Assembly (NCBI GenBank): GCA_963664325.2
Contig: CAXXDQ010000005.1
Location: 1-64,000 of the forward strand
DNA: 64,000 nt
From: Desulfomonilia bacterium
GTDB lineage: Bacteria > Desulfobacterota > Desulfomonilia > UBA1062
Reading direction: 5' to 3'
Below are positions 42,026 through 51,043 of this stretch, one piece after another. Below the pieces are notes generated by a model, which saw nothing but the letters and a program-made list of their open reading frames with translations, was not told where the DNA came from and did no database searches. Position 1 is the first letter of the stretch; each line of letters begins with the position of its first letter. The position numbers were made by a program, and so were the translations under genes.

Positions 42026-42865
42026 ATGAGTAAGTTTACATCATTCACAAAGGACGATATGCTGGCTTTCGAACCCGAAGCCAAGCTCGGCTTTATCGCA
42101 ACGGTTACTCCCGAGGGCCTGCCGCATATAACGCTTATAACAGCCATGCGCGCCAAGGACGAGACGCACCTGATGTGGGGGCAGTTCACTGAAGGGTCTT
42201 CCAAGACAAACGTGCTCAGCAATCCCAAAGTAGCATTCGCCATACTCAACCTGGAGAAGAACCTCTGGCGCGGCAAGGCGCTCTATACGCATAACGTGAA
42301 GGAAGGCGAGGACTACGTCCTTTTCAACAACCAGCCCATGTTCAGGTACAATTCATACTTCGGCATACATACCGTCCACTACATGGACCTCGTGGAGACG
42401 GCCGGCAAGGAGCCGCTCAAGCTGCCCGCCATAATAGCGTCATCCCTGATTACCATGATAAAAAGGCCGTTTGCCGCAACCGGCATTAAGGAGCAGATCA
42501 TGAAGCCGTTTGCAGTGGGGCTCTTCAACGGCATGCAGACGCTCAAGTTCATATCCTGGATAGGCACCGACGGCTTCCCGAGACTGACCCCGGTATTGCA
42601 GGCCCAGGCCCCTGACAGCAGAAGGCTCGTCATGGTCCCGCTGGCCTATGGCGATGAGTTGAAGGAAATCCCTGAAGGCGCGGACGTGGCTGTTTACGGC
42701 GCGTCGTTCAGCATGGAGACCTGCCTGGTGCGCGGCAAGTATCACAGAAAGCCCGGCCTGATCCCGACCGTGGAGATAGACCTGAACTGGGTGTATAATT
42801 CGATGCCGCCGAATGCGGGGCAGGTATATCCGGAGATTCCACTACAACCGGTCACGCAGTTCTGA
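42026..42865 (+). CDS. Pyridoxamine 5'-phosphate oxidase-like (split-barrel) protein with two domains
   Basis: FIATVTPEGLPHIT...SKTNVLSNPKV and a second repeat FISWIGTDGFP; GGAGG RBS. Confidence 0.7.
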   Translation: MSKFTSFTKDDMLAFEPEAKLGFIATVTPEGLPHITLITAMRAKDETHLMWGQFTEGSSKTNVLSNPKVAFAILNLEKNLWRGKALYTHNVKEGEDYVLFNNQPMFRYNSYFGIHTVHYMDLVETAGKEPLKLPAIIASSLITMIKRPFAATGIKEQIMKPFAVGLFNGMQTLKFISWIGTDGFPRLTPVLQAQAPDSRRLVMVPLAYGDELKEIPEGADVAVYGASFSMETCLVRGKYHRKPGLIPTVEIDLNWVYNSMPPNAGQVYPEIPLQPVTQF

Positions 42866-42989
42866 TTCCGCTTCCCATTCAAACGCTTCCGTTGTCGGCT
42901 GCGTCGGAATGCTCCTCGGAGTACATAGATGAGTACACCTCGTCGCTTCCTCCTTGCCTCCTAGCAATCATCTCGAATGGAAAGCGGAA
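42866..42989. repeat. Palindromic MITE/REP-like element D
   Basis: TIR TTCCGCTTCCCATTC...GAATGGAAAGCGGAA; central GAGTACATAGATGAGTACAC; its reverse strand shares ctaggag and gacaacgg with copy B. Confidence 0.65.
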
Positions 42990-42999
42990 TTAATATGTT

Positions 43000-43174
43000 G
43001 GGCGTGATAACTTTGATGAGGGTTTTGACGGCCCTCACCCTTCGGGCACGACTACGTCGCGTCAATTTTCGTGATGCGAAAATTTGCATACCGTTCTCGC
43101 TCCTCGCGGAAACGTTGCGAAAATGGGATCGTGAGCTTCATGTTTCGCTCCTCAAGCCGAAGGCGATGAGGCAT
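43000..43174 (-). repeat. MITE/REP-like element, copy C (inverted, partial, interrupted by a hairpin insert)
   Basis: GGGCGTGATAACTT, then an insert of about 70 bp, then GCATACCGTT...CTCAAGCCGAAGGCGA, which is the reverse complement of copy B. Confidence 0.75.
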
Positions 43175-43390
43175 CATCTTGAATGCAGACCGGAATAATA
43201 AATAATTGTGAGCTATATTTTTAAAACTACAATAATTGGAAAAGTACTATATATAAATCAAGTTTGTGAACATAATTCGGATTATTGTTTATCTCAACAT
43301 AGTTTTTATTCATCATAAAATTATTGTAGAAACTATAACATGGTGATTTGTTATTTATATGATTTTGGAAAAAAGGCTAAAAGAGAATTA

Positions 43391-44281
43391 TTAAATTTCA
43401 CTGTTGATATGTATATGTGCAGTGAAAAGAAATCTAAAAGTCTCCAAAAAAATACATAACATAGTAAGACCTATATTAGCACTTGTTGAAAGTGTAAAAA
43501 TACAATCAAAAAATTCATAAATGAACCAGAATGAATAAATTCCCAACCAAATTTTTATAGGATATTGTAAGTAATACAACCAATAAGACCAAGTACGTTT
43601 TCTAAATAATCCATAAGTACCAATAAGTAATAGTGCTAAAAGTATAATAAAAAATATTATCTTCACCGATGTGTTATATAAATCAGATTGATTCTCAGAT
43701 GTTATCAAAACCAGTAAATATACAGAGAAACATATAATATCTAAAATTGACATACTATTAAGATATCTATAAGTATTTCTCTTGACATGACTTCTAATGA
43801 TACCAAATCTTATAAAAAGAAGTATTGGAAGAATTACAGGTAAAGCAATATTTATTACATCTGTTATTCCGATCTTAACCTTCACTGAAACATTACTAGG
43901 TGTTGAAGGTGGTGCGTCTTTAAATGGATATGGGAAATTTATATTTCTTGGTTTTCTATGCTCTATAATTGCTAATTTCTTTTCATATGATCGAATGTCT
44001 TCACTTAATAATTCAAAAGTTTTCTTAATTTGATATTTTTTTAATTCTGATATTTTGTCTTTTTTTGAAATCGTAACATATCTTATACTAAGTTCGTTTA
44101 TTCTATTATATGAATTAAATATTTTATCTCGAAGATCAATTGATTGTTTTTCATGTTCAATATTCAATTTTTCATTTTCTATGATGTTCTGTTTGTATTG
44201 CCAATAGATTCCACCTCCAAATATTGTACCTATAATAAAAGTTAAAATTGGAATGACTAGGTTTAATTTTGTATTCTTCAT
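43391..44281 (-). CDS. AT-rich hypothetical membrane protein
   Basis: Long ORF in very AT-rich DNA; N-terminal TM, coiled-coil-like region and about 5 C-terminal TMs. Confidence 0.6.
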   Translation of the reverse strand: MKNTKLNLVIPILTFIIGTIFGGGIYWQYKQNIIENEKLNIEHEKQSIDLRDKIFNSYNRINELSIRYVTISKKDKISELKKYQIKKTFELLSEDIRSYEKKLAIIEHRKPRNINFPYPFKDAPPSTPSNVSVKVKIGITDVINIALPVILPILLFIRFGIIRSHVKRNTYRYLNSMSILDIICFSVYLLVLITSENQSDLYNTSVKIIFFIILLALLLIGTYGLFRKRTWSYWLYYLQYPIKIWLGIYSFWFIYEFFDCIFTLSTSANIGLTMLCIFLETFRFLFTAHIHINSEI

Positions 44282-44292
44282 CACATCTGTCC

Positions 44293-44370
44293 AAAACAAA
44301 AGGTGTCAGGCCTTGAAATGGGACATAGTGATCAATTTGTCATTGATCAAGGCCAAGCACCTTTTGTTTT
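44293..44370. repeat. REP-like palindrome
   Basis: AAAACAAAAGGTGTCAGGCCTTGA...TCAAGGCCAAGCACCTTTTGTTTT. Confidence 0.75.
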
Positions 44371-44752
44371 AATTTGACCGTGCCTTTTTGGCTATTTTCC
44401 AATGTATCAGGAGTGCGATACCACCTGCTAATATGAACATCATTGATTTGACAAAAGTCTGGAAACCTTCTCTTTTCTCACCCTTTAAAGTAATTGCAAG
44501 AGCCTCTTGTCGTTTCTTTGATAGCTCCTCTTCTGATGGTCTTGTAGGTATTACCTTCGTATCACAGTGGCACTGCTTACTTTCCCAGTAACTATCATTG
44601 CTCTGATAAATGTTGTACTCATATGACTTCATAGTTAACGTTGGATTTACAATTTCAATAATACTGTATCCAGCAATACCTATGGATATCACCAAGCAAA
44701 CAACAGCAGCAAAGCAGACTGCAAGAGCATAAATTTCTAGCTTTGATTTCAT
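44369..44752 (-). CDS. Hypothetical 2-TM protein
   Basis: AGGAGAAGGA RBS; two TM helices flanking a soluble loop. Confidence 0.7.
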   Translation of the reverse strand: MKSKLEIYALAVCFAAVVCLVISIGIAGYSIIEIVNPTLTMKSYEYNIYQSNDSYWESKQCHCDTKVIPTRPSEEELSKKRQEALAITLKGEKREGFQTFVKSMMFILAGGIALLIHWKIAKKARSN

Positions 44753-44884
44753 AGTTCCTTCTCCTTTTTTATTCTTAATGTATGATATTACATGCCGCAG
44801 AAACCAATGAACACCAGTTTAAATTGTATCACTAGCAACATTGTTTATCAAGAATAGGTGTATTGGACGCAAAAATGAAGAAAT

Positions 44885-44934
44885 AAAAGGTGTCAGGCCT
44901 TGGGTCATTTTTACCATGAATCAAGGCCTGACAC
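44885..44934. repeat. REP-like palindrome (same family as 44293)
   Basis: AAAAGGTGTCAGGCCTTG...CAAGGCCTGACAC. Confidence 0.75.
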
Positions 44935-44984
44935 TTAAAGGTTTTTCCTTGAAGTTTTACGAACCCCCGATTCGCCAGCAGGCG

Positions 44985-47144
44985 TTAGGGAATTGCGACG
45001 ACACGGAAACCGATCGAGTGGTTCCTGTCGCCCGGATTCATGCTGTCTCGCATCGCTGACCACAAACTCCATGTGTTGGCGGCGGGCGTGCACCATGCGC
45101 CTCCACGGAAAATGCGTCCCATATTGTTATAAGGCTCCCAGGAGCTGCCGTCAGTCGGCGCACCTATATAGTTATTGTGCCATGGATCCAGACACCACTC
45201 CTGGACATTGCCGTGCATATCATAGAGACCCCAGGCGTTCGGAAGCTTGGCGTCCACGGGATGAGTCGTGCTGGTCATAAGGTCCTCTCCGTACCAGGCA
45301 TAGTTTATCAGATCGGCAACCGAATCCCCGAAACAGAAGCGTGTCGTGCTGCCGGCCCGGCATGCGTATTCCCACTGCGCCTCGCTCGGCAGGGTGATAG
45401 TCAGGCCCGTTAACGCCGAGAGTTGTATGCAAAAAGACCTGGCTTCATTCCAGGTGACACTATCCACCGGGTTGTTCTCGGTGCCGGGGTAAACAGGCGC
45501 CTTGAAACGAGAGGGATTAACGCCCATGACAGCCGCATATTGTGCCTGGGTAACCTCTGTGGCAGCCATATAAAAACCCGGGAGTGTCACTGCGTGGACC
45601 GGAGTCGTGTAAGACGCAGTCCCATACTGATTGTCCGCGGTTCCCATCATGAACGTGCCTCCGGGTATGTAGACCAAGGAGTTCAATAAATAGACAATCG
45701 GAGCGCTGAAAACTTTTATCACACAGGTATCCGTTGCCTGCAGTCCGCCCGCATCTGTTACAGTCAACTCAAAGGTCAGTATTGATCCTGACGGCACAGT
45801 GGCATTGAATTGCGCTATGGCCGCATCGGGATTGGCAAGAGTTACCGAAGGCCCGCCGGTCTGCACCCATTGATATGAAGCGATTCCATCATCCGGGTCG
45901 GATGAACTTTCACCGTTGAGTGTTACCAGGGCCCCTGCGGATATGGTCTGATCGGGTCCTGCTTGGGCCGTGGGCGGTTCATTTGTCCAGGTTACGTTGA
46001 CAGTACACGTGGCACTCGATTTGAGACCCCCGTTATCGGTCACGGTCAGCTTGAATTTCAAGGCTGCTCCGCCAATACCTACATTGGGGGCCGTAAATAC
46101 AGGCTGCATGGAACTTGCATCGGAGAGGGTGACTGCAGGGCCTTCGGTCTGCTGCCAGTCATAAGAGGCGATGCCGTCATCCGGGTCCGTCGAGCCGGAA
46201 GCATCCAGGGTTACAACGGCAAACTCCGCGACGGTCTGATCAGTTCCGGCATCGGCTGCGGGAGCCGCGTTTATCCAGGTAACATTGATTATGCATTGCG
46301 CCGAAGACTTCAGGCCGCCATTATCCGTCACGGTCAGCTCAAAAGTAAGAGCAGCACCGGCGGGGCCTACATCCGGGGTTGTAAAGAAGGCCTGTATGGT
46401 ATCTGCATTAGTCAACAAGACCGTGGGCCCGCTGATTTGCTCCCACTCATATTGTGCGATGCCGTCATCAGGATCTGTCGAGCCGGACCCATCGAGGGTC
46501 ACCAGCATACCCTCCGCAACTGTCTGGTCCGGTCCTGCGACGGCTGTCGGAGGTTCGTTTGTCCATGTGACGTTAACGATGCATGAGGTTCTCGACGTCA
46601 GCCCTTTGCTGTCCGTCACTGTGAGTTCAAAAGTCAATGCTTCGCCTCCCTGATTCACTTCCGGTGACTGGAACGTGGTTGTAATCCCATTGGGATCCGA
46701 CAGCACGACTTGTGTGCCTCCGGTCTGTTCCCAGGCATACGAAATAATGTCGTTGTCAGGGTCGGTTGAATTGGATGCATCAAGGCTCACTAATACTTTT
46801 TCCGCCACTGTCTGGTCAGGTCCGGTATGTGCGACGGGCGGGCTGTTGTTGGTTTGGATAGTCCATGTCTGCGTATCCGTCCCGAGGGCATGGGTTACCT
46901 TGACCGTGAGGACGTGTTCACCTGCTGTGGCGGTGTAAACATACGACTCCAGCGAATTTGGAAGGGGTGCTTCGTCCAGGGTCCAGGCAAAGGTTCCGCC
47001 TGTGGGCAATATTTCAACACTGAAAGTCATCTGCTGGCCGAAATCCATAGCGACATTATCAGTGTTTGGTGACTTGGACAGGATGCAACCGCTCAATATG
47101 GCTGTAATAAAAAGCACGACAAGAATTGATAATGATCTTTTCAT
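44985..47144 (-). CDS. Lipoprotein with four PKD/Ig-like repeats and a C-terminal FGE-sulfatase (SUMF1) domain
   Basis: Lipobox LSGC; four repeats P.A.AGPDQTV..S.DPD..Y.W.Q..G..TFELTVTD; GGTFMMG, EVTQAQY, LPSEAQWEYACRAG, PNAWGLYDMHGNVQEWC, RGGAW, IGFRVV. Confidence 0.88.
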   Translation of the reverse strand: MKRSLSILVVLFITAILSGCILSKSPNTDNVAMDFGQQMTFSVEILPTGGTFAWTLDEAPLPNSLESYVYTATAGEHVLTVKVTHALGTDTQTWTIQTNNSPPVAHTGPDQTVAEKVLVSLDASNSTDPDNDIISYAWEQTGGTQVVLSDPNGITTTFQSPEVNQGGEALTFELTVTDSKGLTSRTSCIVNVTWTNEPPTAVAGPDQTVAEGMLVTLDGSGSTDPDDGIAQYEWEQISGPTVLLTNADTIQAFFTTPDVGPAGAALTFELTVTDNGGLKSSAQCIINVTWINAAPAADAGTDQTVAEFAVVTLDASGSTDPDDGIASYDWQQTEGPAVTLSDASSMQPVFTAPNVGIGGAALKFKLTVTDNGGLKSSATCTVNVTWTNEPPTAQAGPDQTISAGALVTLNGESSSDPDDGIASYQWVQTGGPSVTLANPDAAIAQFNATVPSGSILTFELTVTDAGGLQATDTCVIKVFSAPIVYLLNSLVYIPGGTFMMGTADNQYGTASYTTPVHAVTLPGFYMAATEVTQAQYAAVMGVNPSRFKAPVYPGTENNPVDSVTWNEARSFCIQLSALTGLTITLPSEAQWEYACRAGSTTRFCFGDSVADLINYAWYGEDLMTSTTHPVDAKLPNAWGLYDMHGNVQEWCLDPWHNNYIGAPTDGSSWEPYNNMGRIFRGGAWCTPAANTWSLWSAMRDSMNPGDRNHSIGFRVVAIP

Positions 47145-47725
47145 TGTAACCCTCCCCAAATAATTCTTAATTTTATATTTCAATAATCCAAATATAATAC
47201 CAATAAACTCCCTAAATTAATAGCATTATATTGTGGTTTGACGGAAACAGGGGGTTCGGGCCTAATCGGTCTGTTGCCATGATCAATTTTGGGGAATCAC
47301 AGATTACAGATTCACGGAGAGTCTGGTCAGACTTGGACATGTCTTAAAACAATATTCTGAAATATGCACATCAAAGTTTAAGAAAGTAACCGGAAATCAT
47401 GGGATCAAATGATATCCCATTTGATTCTTCCGGAATTGCCGGCATTGCGTTTGCGAGCTTCATTAAAGAAAAACAGGAGGACACGCTGATAGACAATTAA
47501 CTTACTTTTCTTTGAGTATCTGTAATCTCTCCGGATATGCCTTTTTCAACATAAAACTCCTGCTGTAAAGCAGAAGAGGATTATGCTAATTCATTATATG
47601 ACGGTCAAGGTTCACGGGCGGCTTTCATGGTCTTTCTTCATGCCGTTATGTGCATAGGCATGATTGCGGCAGGCGGTTGAACTTTAATGTGTCATAATCG
47701 AAGTAACAGACAGAGGAGGATAAAA

Positions 47726-49072
47726 GTGGGTGTAAAAATCGTTCTTATAGGCGCGGGCAGTGCGCAGTTCGGCTATGACACCATGGGGGATATTTTTCAA
47801 AGCTCAATCTTGCCGGGAAGCCATATCGTGTTGCATGACATTAATCCCGGGGCGCTTGATAGTGTCTTCAGAAACGGGCAGCAGTTTATCCGGGAGCATG
47901 AACTGCCATACACAATCTCGGCCACAACCGAGCGTAAAGAGGCGCTGAAAGACGCCAGTTTCTGCATTATCTCGATCGAGGCTGGCAACCGTTTTGCCCT
48001 TTGGAATCAGGACTGGAACATACCCCTGAACTTTGGTTTTCACCAGGTGATGGGCGAAAACGGCGGCCCCGGAGGACTTTTCCACGCCCTGCGCATCATT
48101 CCTCCCATTCTGGAGATCTGCGGGGACATTCAGGCCATCTGCCCGCAGGCGGTTGTGTTCAACTACAGCAACCCCATGACCAAAATCTGCACCACGGTTC
48201 ATCGCAAATATCCGGATCTCCAATTTATCGGACTGTGCCATGAGATCGAATCATTGGGGCAACACCTGCCGATTATTTTAAATACAAGTCTTGAGAATCT
48301 ACACTTGCGTGCAGGCGGCCTGAATCACTTCAGCATCCTGCTCGAAGCTGTTTACAAGGACGATGGCCGTGACGCCTATCCTGATATCCGGGCCAAGGCC
48401 CCGGCCTATTTTGAGAATATGGCCTCCCTGCGGGAAGTGGTTGACGAATTGAAGCAGATCGAGGCCGGTTCAACCCCAATGAGCGAACCGGCGCTGAGAA
48501 AACATGCCGGGAAATGGGCGGAACGCGGTGTTTTCAGGGTGCTGCTGGAAGAATATGGCTATCTTCCCATAACCACGGACAGCCATATAGGGGAATATAT
48601 ACCCTGGGCCCGGGATGCCGCCGACCAAAGGGCGATCCTTGATTTCTTCCACTTCTATCAGGAATGGCTAAGGAAGGATCCGGATATCGAGATCAAGCTG
48701 CATGAGCGCGTGGTGCCGATTATCGAAGGTATCATAACGGATTCCTGCTATGAGGAAGCGGCTGTGAATCTTCCCAACAGAGGATATATCGATGCGCTGC
48801 CGGGGTTCCTGGCGGTAGAAGTGCCTGCCGTCATAGGCAGGAATGGTGTGCAGGGTATACGTTTTGAAAAATTCCCCAAAAACTTTGCAGCTTTACTCTG
48901 CAACCAGGTGGGCGTGAATGATCTGATCGCCGAAGCTGTGATCAAGGGCTCGCGAGATCTGGCGCTGCAGGCGCTCCTGGCCGATCCGTCCGTGGACAAA
49001 TACCACGCCGCCTGCCGGCTGCTGGACTATATGCTGGTTTTGCAGGAGGATTATCTGGGATATCTGAAATAA
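47726..49072 (+). CDS. Family 4 glycoside hydrolase (alpha-glucosidase/alpha-galactosidase)
   Basis: IGAGSAQFG, GENGGPGG, NYSNPM, GLCHE, GLNHF; GTG start after GAGGAGG. Confidence 0.88.
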   Translation: MGVKIVLIGAGSAQFGYDTMGDIFQSSILPGSHIVLHDINPGALDSVFRNGQQFIREHELPYTISATTERKEALKDASFCIISIEAGNRFALWNQDWNIPLNFGFHQVMGENGGPGGLFHALRIIPPILEICGDIQAICPQAVVFNYSNPMTKICTTVHRKYPDLQFIGLCHEIESLGQHLPIILNTSLENLHLRAGGLNHFSILLEAVYKDDGRDAYPDIRAKAPAYFENMASLREVVDELKQIEAGSTPMSEPALRKHAGKWAERGVFRVLLEEYGYLPITTDSHIGEYIPWARDAADQRAILDFFHFYQEWLRKDPDIEIKLHERVVPIIEGIITDSCYEEAAVNLPNRGYIDALPGFLAVEVPAVIGRNGVQGIRFEKFPKNFAALLCNQVGVNDLIAEAVIKGSRDLALQALLADPSVDKYHAACRLLDYMLVLQEDYLGYLK

Positions 49073-49082
49073 GGAGCCCGTC

Positions 49083-49352
49083 TCAGGGTCTGACGCCTGG
49101 CTGGGCCGGGTTTTCCTTTTCGCCTTTTGTCTTATTGCGGTCAGCTTCTTTATGGCAGCGCAGGCAGTCGGGATACTTGGGATGCTTTGTGACCGGGGCC
49201 CCGTTTATTCCGCTCTGATGGCAGCTGAGGCAGCTCGCATCCGACCTGCTGGCTATGGGATGTGTCACTTCAGGGGCCTTTTTGCACGCACCGAAAACGA
49301 GCAGCATGGCCATCATTATAATCAGTACTGCATTTTGAGATTTCATCAACAT
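49083..49352 (-). CDS. Small diheme c-type cytochrome lipoprotein
   Basis: Lipobox FGAC; CLSCH and CLRCH, each preceded by an HP. Confidence 0.7.
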   Translation of the reverse strand: MLMKSQNAVLIIMMAMLLVFGACKKAPEVTHPIASRSDASCLSCHQSGINGAPVTKHPKYPDCLRCHKEADRNKTKGEKENPAQPGVRP

Positions 49353-49475
49353 ATGTCCTCCTGATATATCTTTTATAAAACACTGGCAACCAGATAACTT
49401 TTAAATCAGCATACTCGTCAGCTTATTCAATAAAATATTTATAACACATCAGAATTCTGTCCCATCCATCTGCCG

Positions 49476-49940
49476 CTATGAGACCGTTTTGATTCCAAGG
49501 GTTTCAGTGCCCATATCGCCTCCGTAAATCAAGATCGGATTTATTGAGGTTTTACCTGAAATGGTCTGCCATTTGCGAAGGCTTCCAAGATAATCCTGGT
49601 TGAGTGTCTGGCCCGATTTTATTTCAACAGGCATCAGCTTGTTTCCCTTTTCGATAATCAGGTCAATCTCTGTGCCTGAGCGGTCACGCCAGAAATATAG
49701 GTTCGACTCCAGCCCGCTGTTGTATCGTGATTTCATGAGCTCGCTTATTATAAGGGTTTCAAATATAGAGCCCTTCATGGGATGATGCCTCATCTGTTCA
49801 ACATCCTGAATGGACAGCAGCCATGCGGTAAGACCCGCGTCAGGGAAATAGAGCTTGGGCGTTTTGAGGCCTCTTTTAAGAAATTTTCGGCCCTTCTTTT
49901 TATCATGAGATATATTTACAGCATGTACGCTGATTGTCAA
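49476..49940 (-). pseudogene. C-terminal remnant of an AAA_14/DUF4143 ATPase
   Basis: KTPKLYF.D.GL, GSIFE, LYFWRD..G.EID, PVEIKS; no N-terminal ATPase domain. Confidence 0.7.
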
Positions 49941-50194
49941 TTGAACTTACAATCAGCCAGCCAGATTGATTTGATCCAGAAAACGGTAACCCCAGACTGG
50001 GAAGCTGATAACCCAGGACAATCATTGAGTGCTGTGATGTTTTTCATGCCCTTGTGATTTGCATTCCATATTGATAATATGCCCCTTGTGTTTCAGTGTC
50101 CTAACTGTCCGAATCCTTGCACCGGCAAACCCGGGGACGGCGGCATCTGCCTGATATGTATCAGGATTCGGGAGAATATTTGATTGGGGATTGA

Positions 50195-51043
50195 ATGGAA
50201 CAAGTTTCAATTGAGATAAGGGACCTGAGTAAAACATTCGGCGGGGTCGAGGCCCTGAAGGGGGTCTTTCTTGATATCCCGAAAGGGCGAATAACCGGCC
50301 TGCTGGGTCCGAACGGAGCCGGAAAAACTACTCTTATAAAGGCCATGGCCGGTTCGGTCAAGCCTTCGTCGGGCCGCGTTTCGGTCTTCTCTCACGACCC
50401 GGTAAGGATGAGGAAAGATCTCAGGAAGAGAATCGGCTACATGCCGCAGAATCCCTCGGTTTATGAAGACCTGAGCGCCAGCGAGAATATTACGTTCTTC
50501 GCCAGGCTTCACGGCCTGGAGGATCTGAATTCCAGAACGGAAGAGATCCTTGATTTTACTGGTCTGAAGGGCAGGGCCAGCGACCCTGTGCATACCTTTT
50601 CGGGCGGCATGAAAAAGAGGGTTTCCCTTGCCTGCGCGTTGGTACATGACCCCGAGCTCCTGTTCCTTGACGAGCCTACAGCCGCAATCGATCCCGTATT
50701 GAGAAAAAGGTTCTGGGAGATGTTCAGGCACCTTGCCGATCTTGGGAAGACAATAATCATCAGTACGCACCTGATGGAAGAGGCCCTGCACTGCGACATG
50801 CTGGCCCTCCTGTCAGAGGGGCGGGTCCTCGTGAGCGCCCCGCCCGGGACGATCCTTCAGAAAGGGAAGGCGGAAATCGAGCTCGGCATGAAGGATAAGT
50901 CGGTCAGAAAAGTTATTGAAAACACCCCCGAGAACATGGCCGGGGCGCTTCACGAATACGGGCTGGCCGAGACGGTCAAATCGCTTGAAATAACAAAACC
51001 GGACATCGAGAGAATCTTTCTCGAACTCATGGGCGGCAAATGA
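50195..51043 (+). CDS. ABC exporter ATP-binding subunit
   Basis: GPNGAGKT, FSGGMKKR, LFLDEPT, ISTH. Confidence 0.92.
   Translation: MEQVSIEIRDLSKTFGGVEALKGVFLDIPKGRITGLLGPNGAGKTTLIKAMAGSVKPSSGRVSVFSHDPVRMRKDLRKRIGYMPQNPSVYEDLSASENITFFARLHGLEDLNSRTEEILDFTGLKGRASDPVHTFSGGMKKRVSLACALVHDPELLFLDEPTAAIDPVLRKRFWEMFRHLADLGKTIIISTHLMEEALHCDMLALLSEGRVLVSAPPGTILQKGKAEIELGMKDKSVRKVIENTPENMAGALHEYGLAETVKSLEITKPDIERIFLELMGGK

Noticed and set aside
42977-43198. 73-aa ORF from the track
   Set aside because: It runs through palindromic repeat copy C and is likely spurious.
41839-44934. CRISPR array or autonomous IS element
   Set aside because: No regularly spaced identical repeats, cas genes or transposase ORF.
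45720-46850. Direct DNA repeats of about 290 bp
   Set aside because: Explained by the four in-frame PKD/Ig-like protein repeats.
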